Below are positions 45,509 to 52,493 of a stretch of DNA of 64,000 nt, in pieces. Below the pieces are notes generated by a model. That model made no database searches, had not been told where the DNA came from, and saw only the letters and a program-made list of their open reading frames with translations. Both the position numbers and the translations under genes were made by a program. Position 1 is the first letter of the stretch. Each line of letters begins with the position of its first letter. Source of the stretch: Verrucomicrobiia bacterium (GTDB lineage: Bacteria > Acidobacteriota > Terriglobia > Terriglobales > Acidobacteriaceae); the NCBI GenBank assembly GCA_035567035.1, contig DATMPO010000092.1, positions 15,168-79,167 of the forward strand. The letters are read 5' to 3'.

Positions 45509-46501
45509 TCAGGCCTTGGGAGACTTTGGTGGGGTGGCCGGCCGAAGCAATTTTTTCTGCGCTGACTCCTTCCACCACCCCTCGACGGATTCAAATTTTG
45601 CGACCACCTCATTGCCCACAAGAACAACGACTTGACCTATGGCGGTTTCGGCGGCGACTGTCCCTTCTACTCTCTTAATCTTCGAATCACCAACAAGTTT
45701 CACATAGAACGTTGCCGTGGGGCCTCGCGGAGGTGGTGGTGGTGGTGGGCTCGGAAGCAGCTGGTCAGGTCTTACACCCTTAAGTAATTCGACTAACGAC
45801 GGTATGAAGTCTTTGAGATCCAGGGCATACTTATCCATCCATTCCGATTGCTTTCGACTATTTGCCGTTGCGCGAGTTAACTCAAGGACCTCAGCAATCA
45901 TATCGTCGATTGAGGGTAGCGGTTTTGCCAGCTCCTCGGACTGGGGCATTGCTCCAAGATGTGATTCCAGGTCCGGCCACATTTTGTCGAAGATTATGTC
46001 TAAGTGTTCCTTTGGAAGAACGTCTTGGCCGATGGCTCTGTTAATCGTATGCATCAGCTTTCTGGTGTCGTCCTGCTCGGGCTTGGTGCGCTGAAACATG
46101 CCCAACGGGCCTCTAAGATGTTGGATCTGGAGACCGGCTAAGAGGTAAGTGCAGATCCTGCTCTTGTCGTCTACTTCCTTGGCGAGAACTCCCGCCTCAT
46201 ATGAGATCCACGACGAATCCCGATTCTCGGGAGTAAGGAAGAGTACGCCCACCTTCGTTCCAGTAAGCGCCTTCTTTATCTCATCCAATCCCACTGTTCC
46301 TTTATCGATATCTATATCAGACAGCCATGGCTTCGCTCGATGGAGAACCTTCGGCATCCAATCACGGAAAAACTTCGCCACGTATAGGCTTCTCTCCCCT
46401 GACCAGGAGAGGAAAACGTTGTGCATTTGGGCGGCTTCTCGATTGGATTTGGGCATGTTTCGCTGCATTCTATCAAAGGTGACTTTCTGCTTTTGCATCA
46501 A
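45509..46501 (-). CDS. TIR-domain protein with helical middle region, poly-Pro linker and unassigned C-terminal domain
   Basis: VFLSWSGERSLYVAKFFRDWMPKVL...PWLSDIDIDKGTV...VGVLFLTPENRDSSWISYEAGVL follows the TIR order (compare plant VFLSFRGEDTR and S.W...E). Likely start is the ATG at 46426 (MHNVFLSW) or 46456. PPPPPPP at residues ~262-270, then a beta-rich ~60 aa tail. Confidence 0.65.
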   Translation of the reverse strand: MMQKQKVTFDRMQRNMPKSNREAAQMHNVFLSWSGERSLYVAKFFRDWMPKVLHRAKPWLSDIDIDKGTVGLDEIKKALTGTKVGVLFLTPENRDSSWISYEAGVLAKEVDDKSRICTYLLAGLQIQHLRGPLGMFQRTKPEQDDTRKLMHTINRAIGQDVLPKEHLDIIFDKMWPDLESHLGAMPQSEELAKPLPSIDDMIAEVLELTRATANSRKQSEWMDKYALDLKDFIPSLVELLKGVRPDQLLPSPPPPPPPRGPTATFYVKLVGDSKIKRVEGTVAAETAIGQVVVLVGNEVVAKFESVEGWWKESAQKKLLRPATPPKSPKA

Positions 46502-46730
46502 AGTATTGGTTTCGAAGACTCAGATGCTCGGCCCCGCACCGACCCTGAACTTCTTATTGTGGTATTGTTGCCTTGAAAGTGCCAGGAAACAAGCAGGTAT
46601 AAGGATTGCACGAAAACGACAGTCCTTATTTTCGTTGTCGCTTGCCGGGCCAGTCCCAATTTCCACATCCACCACAAACGAACCGCTAAGCCTCGGGCCA
46701 GTGCTACGGCAGCGATCAAGGTCCTTTGAT

Positions 46731-47117
46731 TCAGCCCTGCTCGCGCGCTGAGGCGATGAATTCTTCCATCTGGCGCAGGTATTTTTCGAATGCTTTGCGG
46801 CCTTGCGGCGTGAGTTTGTATTCGGTGCGGGGGACGCGGCCTTCGAAGCCCTTCTTGCAGCGGACGTAGTCGGCTTCTTCCAGTTTGCGGGCGTGGACGC
46901 TCAGGTTACCGTCAGAGGTTTTTAAGACGCGCTTCAGATCGTTGAAGGTGAGGGAATCGTTGACCGCGAGCGCGCTGACAATGCCCAGGCGTATGCGCTC
47001 GTAGATCAGGCGGTCGAGCTCCGGCAGTTCGCGCGGCGGGTGCGCCGGCCGGTGGCGGGCGTCGCGCACTTTGGCTTGATGGACTGTTTTTTCCGCCGGT
47101 TTGAGTTTGGCTTTCAT
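46731..47117 (-). CDS. Winged-helix (HTH_34/MarR-like) transcriptional regulator
   Basis: 128 aa. ERIRLGIVSALAVNDSLTFNDLKRVLKTSDGNLSVHARKLEEADYV. Confidence 0.7.
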   Translation of the reverse strand: MKAKLKPAEKTVHQAKVRDARHRPAHPPRELPELDRLIYERIRLGIVSALAVNDSLTFNDLKRVLKTSDGNLSVHARKLEEADYVRCKKGFEGRVPRTEYKLTPQGRKAFEKYLRQMEEFIASAREQG

Positions 47118-47118
47118 G

Positions 47119-47733
47119 TTAACCGCCGAACCTCCTTGCTATCAGTAAGCCGAACACCACGTGCAGGCCGCCGAATCCCACGGCCATGAACACGTTGCCC
47201 CAGTCGGGAAACAACAATGCTCCGGCGCCGGCCAGCATGAAAGACACGCCCATTACCGGAACGATCGGGACGGAAAACGCTCCGCCGGTCATCACGCCTG
47301 TTCCGTACAGAAGAAGCCAGGTGCCGGGAAGCATCCGCGCCAATCCTGAATTGTAAAGCACCGCGGTGAGCACTGCTCCGGCGACGATCGGCGGCAACGA
47401 CGTGCGGACAAACTTGCTGCCCGGTCCGCTGGTCAGCGGCATGCCGGCCCGCTGCGCTTTTCTCTGCGTGGCCACGAGCGCGATCGACATGGCCAGTACA
47501 CCTTCGCCCAGCCACACAGCAAGCCAGATGGCAGGCGTGGTTTGACGGGCCGCCACCCACGCAGCCGCGAGGGCGGTGGCGCCCATGGCCACCTGTCCCC
47601 AGCCGGGGACGGCGGTGAAGGATGCGGAACGCTCCATGGTCTCGCGAATGAAGCGGATGTCCTCCAGGGCGTTATGCGGCACAGGCTGCGGCCGCGCGCG
47701 AAAACGCCGCCGCTGGCTCCGGTGTTCGAGCAT
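47119..47733 (-). CDS. Integral membrane protein, co-transcribed with the winged-helix regulator
   Basis: ATG 47733 (MLEHRSQRRR). The TTG at 47796 lies inside the MITE arm. 5-6 TM helices. 1-nt gap to the regulator gene. Confidence 0.55.
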   Translation of the reverse strand: MLEHRSQRRRFRARPQPVPHNALEDIRFIRETMERSASFTAVPGWGQVAMGATALAAAWVAARQTTPAIWLAVWLGEGVLAMSIALVATQRKAQRAGMPLTSGPGSKFVRTSLPPIVAGAVLTAVLYNSGLARMLPGTWLLLYGTGVMTGGAFSVPIVPVMGVSFMLAGAGALLFPDWGNVFMAVGFGGLHVVFGLLIARRFGG

Positions 47734-47781
47734 GAGGGAAGGATAGGACGGTGGTGCGGTGGAGTCAAGTACTTTGTCAGA

Positions 47782-47953
47782 AAAAGCAAATAGCAAATAG
47801 CAATTGGCAATTAGCCAAACCTGGTTATTTTAAACCGCAAAGGTCGCGAAGGACGCAAAGGGAAGAACGGATCAGCCACGAATCAGCACGAATAGGCAAG
47901 TGTACTTGAGTTTGCTCTGGCTGATTGCCAATTGCCATTTGCTATTTGCTTTT
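47782..47953. mobile_element. MITE-like element with 36-nt terminal inverted repeats (34/36 identical)
   Basis: Left arm AAAAGCAAATAGCAAATAGCAATTGGCAATTAGCCA. Revcomp of right arm AAAAGCAAATAGCAAATGGCAATTGGCAATCAGCCA. About 100-nt core with CGCAAAGG/CGCGAAGG units. No ORF. Confidence 0.75.
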
Positions 47954-47956
47954 TTC

Positions 47957-48625
47957 CTACCCCACCGCACTCGAGCAATGTTCGTGCAGGACGCGCAGTT
48001 TGCCGTCGGGATCGCGGCGAAAGACCTGGCTTACGCGGCCGTGAGGGATTTCTTCTTCCTGCAGGGTCCCGCGGGCCGTGGCCCGGTTCAGGGCGCGGAA
48101 GTGAAAAGCATAGATGGCCAGCGCCGTGGTTTCACTCAGCAGGACCACTTCAATCGCGCCGAGTTCCATGTTGGTGATGCAGGCTTCGTGAAAATACTCG
48201 CGCGTTCGTTGCGCAATGCCCTTAAACCCGGGCTCAACCGTCACGGATTCCACGCGGAACGACACGCTGTTGAAGGCATAGGCGTCCGCCAGTTCTGCGG
48301 ACGACTTGGCAGTCCAGGCGTCCCAAAGGTTGCTGACAGCGGCGCGGACCTCGTCCGGTGTGACCCGTTGGGAGTGGCCCGGGACGCCGTTTTCAGGTTT
48401 CGCTCCGTTCGCCTGGGACCTTTGCAGGTCCTTTTGCGAAGGGTCGGGGACGGCAAAATGCGCTGATTCAGGCTTCATTTTTATTTCGACGATCATTAGA
48501 GCTTTTTCATGGTCATTTCGCCAGAGTACCAACGTAACGTGTTGGAGACGGCCGCTTGGAAACGGGCAATAGACCCTTACTTCTTTGGACATTCCTTTGG
48601 ACGCAGCAGAGGAAGTCGTTGCCAT
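47957..48625 (-). CDS. SnoaL-like / DUF4440 (NTF2-fold) protein, start uncertain
   Basis: C-terminal ~125 aa (VRAAVSNLWDAWTAKS...RVSQVFRRDPDGKLRVLHEHCS) looks NTF2-like. Candidate starts at 48625, 48592, 48496 and 48478, none with a clear RBS. Confidence 0.45.
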   Translation of the reverse strand: MATTSSAASKGMSKEVRVYCPFPSGRLQHVTLVLWRNDHEKALMIVEIKMKPESAHFAVPDPSQKDLQRSQANGAKPENGVPGHSQRVTPDEVRAAVSNLWDAWTAKSSAELADAYAFNSVSFRVESVTVEPGFKGIAQRTREYFHEACITNMELGAIEVVLLSETTALAIYAFHFRALNRATARGTLQEEEIPHGRVSQVFRRDPDGKLRVLHEHCSSAVG

Positions 48626-48664
48626 CGCCGTTGATGGTCAGGCTTGACCGCTGAGTCCTTCCTC

Positions 48665-48830
48665 GGATATAAATTTCGACATCTGGTAATTGGGAAGCGC
48701 GGTGAAATTCCGCCACTGCCCCGCAACTGTAAGCGCTTAGAAGCTGAGCAACATGCCACTGGGAAACCGGGAAGGCGCTCAGGTTCAGTGAGGCGCAAGT
48801 CAGGAGACCGGCCAGGTCCCCATCATTGGG
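48665..48830 (+). promoter_or_regulatory. Cobalamin (B12) riboswitch
   Basis: GGTAATTGGGAAGCGCGGTGAAATTCCGCCACTGCCCCGCAACTGTAAGCG ... GCCACTGGGAAACCGGGAAGGCGC ... AAGTCAGGAGACCGGCC (B12 box). These are the core conserved blocks of the cobalamin riboswitch class, about 100 nt upstream of the TonB receptor ATG. Confidence 0.9.
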
Positions 48831-48929
48831 TGTTTCCGGCTTCGAAGGGAGAGCCGGACAGCTCCTTGTTGCTTACAAACAGGCTGAATTGTTGTCCCTC
48901 ATCCCTCTTCCGAGGGGAAGGAGACTGAG

Positions 48930-51365
48930 ATGAAACTGTTCTATCGCGCCAGCTTCGCGCTGGTGTTTGCCTTGGCCGTGGTTTCCGCGTTGGCCGCCGA
49001 GTCCGGCAGCATTCGCGGTTCCGTTACTGATCCGCTCGGCGCCGCCGTGCCGAACGCAACCGTGAAGTTACTCCAGCAGGGAAGACAAACAGCCGTCACC
49101 ACAAGCGGCAAAGACGGCACGTACAAATTCAGTGCGCTCGCTGTCGGCCGCTACCAGGTCAGCGCCGAAGCCGCGACCTTCACCATGCAATCGAGCCCGC
49201 CGGTTTACGTGGGTGGCGGCGAATCGGAAGTCAACATTGCTTTGGCGCTGGGGAGCGTGGAACAGCAGGTCGTGGTCACCGACACCGGAACGCAGATACC
49301 GGAGACGCAGGTTGGCGCTTCGGTTACCGTGATCACCAGCGACCAATTCCAGAACAAGCTGGACGTGTTCGAGCCTCTGCGGCAAGTCCCGGGCGCGCAG
49401 ATTGTCCAGACCGGCCAGCGCGGCGGAGCAACTTCATTGTTCGTGCGCGGCGGCAACAGCACCGCGAACAAGGTCCTGGTGGACGGAATCCCGTTGAACG
49501 ACATTGGCGGCGTGGTCAACTTTGGTTTGCTGGCCACCAGCGGCGTGGAACAGGTTGAGGTGTTGCGCGGCCCCAACAGCGTGCTCTATGGGTCGGACGC
49601 CATGGCCGGCGTCGTGAGCCTGACCACGCGCCGGGGAACAACGCCGTTGCCGGAGCTTTCGTACGAGTTCGACGGCGGGAATTTCAATTCGCTGCGCCAT
49701 GACGCTTCTCTGGGCGGAGCGTTTCACCGTCTGGACTACTTCGGCGAATTCTCGCGCTTCGACACCGGCAACAGCGAGCCCAGCAGCGAGTTTCACAACG
49801 CGAGCTATCTGGGTAATGCGGGATTCGCGATCAATTCCTCGACGGACCTGCGTGTGACGGCGCGGCGCACAACCTCGGCGATCGGTCTTCCCAATGCCAT
49901 TGATTTTTTCGGTATTCCCGATGACCAGTTTCAAAAAGACCAGGACGCCTACATCGGCGTGACGCTCCAGAACCAAACCACCCCGCACTGGCACAATCTG
50001 GCCCGCTATGGAGCTACGCGGCTGCGCCTGCTCTTGGAGAATCCCGCGCCTGCGGGCATTCCGGATGGGTTCGGAGATTTTTTTGGCAACGTTGTGACCA
50101 TCCGGGGAGCCAACGGTTTCAGCGCCACGGGCCAGGCTATTCTGAACTTTGCTGGCGGCACTTTTCCCTCGCTCTTCAACAGCTCGACCGCCCGGGATTT
50201 TGGGTATTTCCAATCCGACTACAGTTTCAATTCGCATCTGACGGCGTTGTTCGGGTTTCGCATGGAGAATGAGCGCGGATACACCCTGTCGTCGTTCGCG
50301 AAAAATCTCGCGGACCGCACGAATTACAGTTACATCGGCGAGGTGCATGGCAGCCTGGGAAGCCGGGTCTATGCCACCCTGGGCGGTTCAGTGGAGAACA
50401 ACGCAGTGTTCGGCGTCGCGGTCACGCCGCGCGTTTCGCTGGCGTACTACCTGTTCCGTCCGAACTCCGATGGCCCGTGGAACGGGACCAAGCTGAAATT
50501 CAACTACGGCCAGGGGATCAAGGAGCCGTCCATCTTTGATGCCACGTCGTCCTTGTTTGGGCTGCTGTCGCAGGTCCCGAATGGCCCGCAGCTTATTTCG
50601 CAGTTTCACGTCAGGCCTGTAAATGCGGAGAGGTCGCGCAGCTTCGATTTCGGCGTGGAACAATTATTCTGGAATGGAAAAGGCAAGCTGGCGGAAACTT
50701 TCTTCCACAACCGGTTCACCAACCAAATCGAGTTTGTAGACCCCTCGGCTTTTCCCCAACTGGGAGTGCCGCCCTCGGTCCAGGCGCTGGCGCCGTTTGG
50801 CGCTTCGATCAATTCCGCGGACACGCGGGCCCTGGGCGCGGAAACCGAATTGGAATTCAATTTCGGCCGCGGTTTCCGGGCGAGGGGCGCTTACACATAT
50901 CTGGACGCGGTGGTAGAGAGGTCTTTTACGAGCGACAACCTTGTTATTCCGGTTATGAATCCGAACATTCCCAATGTGCCGATCGGCGCATTTTCTCCGC
51001 TGAAGGGAGGCAGGCCGTTCCGGCGCGCGCCGCACACGGGAAGCTTTACGCTGGACTATTCCCGGTCCCGGCTTGCGCTATCGTTCAGCGGATACCTGGT
51101 TAGCCGGCGCGATGACAGCACGTTTCTAACTGATTCGTTTTTCGGCAACACGCTGCTGTTGCCCAACCGCAACCTGGCGCCGGGATACCAGAAGCTCGAC
51201 TTCGGCGGCAGTTACCGTCTGAATCGCCACCTGGCGTTGTATACCAGCGTGGAGAACCTGGCGAGCCAGCACTATGACGCCGCGTTCGGCTTCCCGGCGC
51301 TGCCCCTGACGTTGCGCTCGGGGCTGAAGGTCACGCTGGGAGGGGAATCGTGGAAATGGCGTTAG
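48930..51365 (+). CDS. TonB-dependent receptor with N-terminal CarboxypepD_reg domain, riboswitch context suggests corrinoid uptake
   Basis: 811 aa with signal peptide. GSIRGSVTDPLGAAVPNATVKLL (carboxypeptidase-regulatory fold). Plug motifs VVVTDTG, LFVRGGNS, VDGIPLND. Long beta-barrel. Confidence 0.85.
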   Translation: MKLFYRASFALVFALAVVSALAAESGSIRGSVTDPLGAAVPNATVKLLQQGRQTAVTTSGKDGTYKFSALAVGRYQVSAEAATFTMQSSPPVYVGGGESEVNIALALGSVEQQVVVTDTGTQIPETQVGASVTVITSDQFQNKLDVFEPLRQVPGAQIVQTGQRGGATSLFVRGGNSTANKVLVDGIPLNDIGGVVNFGLLATSGVEQVEVLRGPNSVLYGSDAMAGVVSLTTRRGTTPLPELSYEFDGGNFNSLRHDASLGGAFHRLDYFGEFSRFDTGNSEPSSEFHNASYLGNAGFAINSSTDLRVTARRTTSAIGLPNAIDFFGIPDDQFQKDQDAYIGVTLQNQTTPHWHNLARYGATRLRLLLENPAPAGIPDGFGDFFGNVVTIRGANGFSATGQAILNFAGGTFPSLFNSSTARDFGYFQSDYSFNSHLTALFGFRMENERGYTLSSFAKNLADRTNYSYIGEVHGSLGSRVYATLGGSVENNAVFGVAVTPRVSLAYYLFRPNSDGPWNGTKLKFNYGQGIKEPSIFDATSSLFGLLSQVPNGPQLISQFHVRPVNAERSRSFDFGVEQLFWNGKGKLAETFFHNRFTNQIEFVDPSAFPQLGVPPSVQALAPFGASINSADTRALGAETELEFNFGRGFRARGAYTYLDAVVERSFTSDNLVIPVMNPNIPNVPIGAFSPLKGGRPFRRAPHTGSFTLDYSRSRLALSFSGYLVSRRDDSTFLTDSFFGNTLLLPNRNLAPGYQKLDFGGSYRLNRHLALYTSVENLASQHYDAAFGFPALPLTLRSGLKVTLGGESWKWR

Positions 51366-51395
51366 CGAGTTAACAGTTCATAAGCCGCCAACAGA

Positions 51396-51418
51396 GAGAC
51401 GCGGCAATGCCGCGTCTC
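51396..51418. repeat. REP-like perfect hairpin GAGACGCGGC-AAT-GCCGCGTCTC
   Basis: 10-bp stem 31 nt after the receptor stop. The 3' flank TCTACGTTG parallels TCTACGCTG after the 22542 copy. Confidence 0.8.
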
Positions 51419-51438
51419 TACGTTGCGAGCATGCGCGG

Positions 51439-52380
51439 GTGGGCACGGATTTGCTCGTGGTAGTATCGGGTATTGTGGCCGCCTCTTTGAAATCTGGCCC
51501 TCGCCGGCGGAGGAGTCCGTTTGCGAGCGAGAAACACCTGGTGATGATCACCGGCATGTCCGGTTCCGGCAAGGCGTCCGTCCTGATGGCCTTCGAAGAC
51601 CTGGGCTACTACTGCGCCGACAATCTGCCCATTGACCTGCTGCCGCGCTTCGCCGAACTGGCCAAGCAGTCCCCGGAAATCGAAAAAGCCGCGTTGGTGA
51701 CCGACATCCGCGAAGGCGAGCAACTGAAGCGGCTTCCCGCCATCATCCGATCGCTCAAGAAGCAACTCGACACCACGGTGCTATTTCTGGAAGCCTCCGA
51801 CGAATCGCTGCTGCGGCGCTTTAGTGAAACCCGCCGTCCGCATCCCCTGGGCAAGGAAGCCACCGTCAAGAACGCGCTGGTCAAAGAGCGCCGGCTGCTC
51901 AAGCCCATTCGCGCGCTCGCCGACTTTGTGGTGGACACTTCCAAGTTCAACGTGCACGAATTGCGGGCGCACATCAATGAGAAATTCACCTCCCCCCGCA
52001 AGGACCGCAATATCCGGATATCGATTGTGAGTTTCGGCTACAAGGCCGGAGTGCCCAACGAGTCCGACCTGGTATTTGACGTTCGTTTCCTTCCGAACCC
52101 GCATTTTGTTCCGGCCTTCCGCCATCTCACCGGACGGCATCCGCAGGTGGCCAAGTACATCCGTTCGTTCCCGCAGACCCGGGAATTTATTGACCGCATC
52201 TCCGAACTGCTGGTCTATCTGATCCCTCATTATGTAGGCGAGGGAAAGAGCTATCTGACGATTGGATTCGGCTGCACCGGAGGCCAGCACCGCTCGGTGA
52301 TGATTGCCGAAGAGATCAGCAACCGGCTCAAGAGTGCCGGCTATAAGTCCAAGGTGATCCACCGCGATTCACCGCGGTAG
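51439..52380 (+). CDS. rapZ: RNase adapter protein RapZ (true start probably downstream, near 51541)
   Basis: VMITGMSGSGKASV (P-loop), FLPNPHF, GCTGGQHRSV. The first ~34 codons of the track ORF overlap the hairpin flank and look non-coding. Confidence 0.85.
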   Translation: MGTDLLVVVSGIVAASLKSGPRRRRSPFASEKHLVMITGMSGSGKASVLMAFEDLGYYCADNLPIDLLPRFAELAKQSPEIEKAALVTDIREGEQLKRLPAIIRSLKKQLDTTVLFLEASDESLLRRFSETRRPHPLGKEATVKNALVKERRLLKPIRALADFVVDTSKFNVHELRAHINEKFTSPRKDRNIRISIVSFGYKAGVPNESDLVFDVRFLPNPHFVPAFRHLTGRHPQVAKYIRSFPQTREFIDRISELLVYLIPHYVGEGKSYLTIGFGCTGGQHRSVMIAEEISNRLKSAGYKSKVIHRDSPR

Positions 52381-52493
52381 AGCATCCGCAACTGTTCCTT
52401 CACAATACTTTACTTTTGGCTTCCGACTGCGGTGCGGATTGCAGGGTGCTCCGTTAGAATAGTGGGAATGTTTTCGTCCGCCATCGGTGTCCC

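Noticed and set aside
45509-46501. TIR protein as ThsB of a Thoeris system
   Set aside because: No ThsA-like (SIR2, Macro or SLOG) gene lies adjacent. The neighbours are R-M components, so the canonical Thoeris assignment is unsupported.
40862-46730. Island as an integrative element (prophage, ICE or IS-bounded transposon)
   Set aside because: No integrase, recombinase, transposase or flanking direct repeats could be identified by eye. Horizontal origin is suggested only by composition and gene content.
47734-47796. TTG-initiated N-terminal extension (MLFAFSDKV...) of the membrane protein
   Set aside because: The TTG lies inside the MITE terminal inverted repeat. The ATG at 47733 is the plausible start.
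51439-51540. First 34 codons of the rapZ track ORF as genuine coding sequence
   Set aside because: RapZ homologs start a few residues before the P-loop strand. This extension overlaps the REP hairpin flank and is Arg-rich. The exact start (GTG 51541 or ATG 51544) could not be settled because no clear SD is present.
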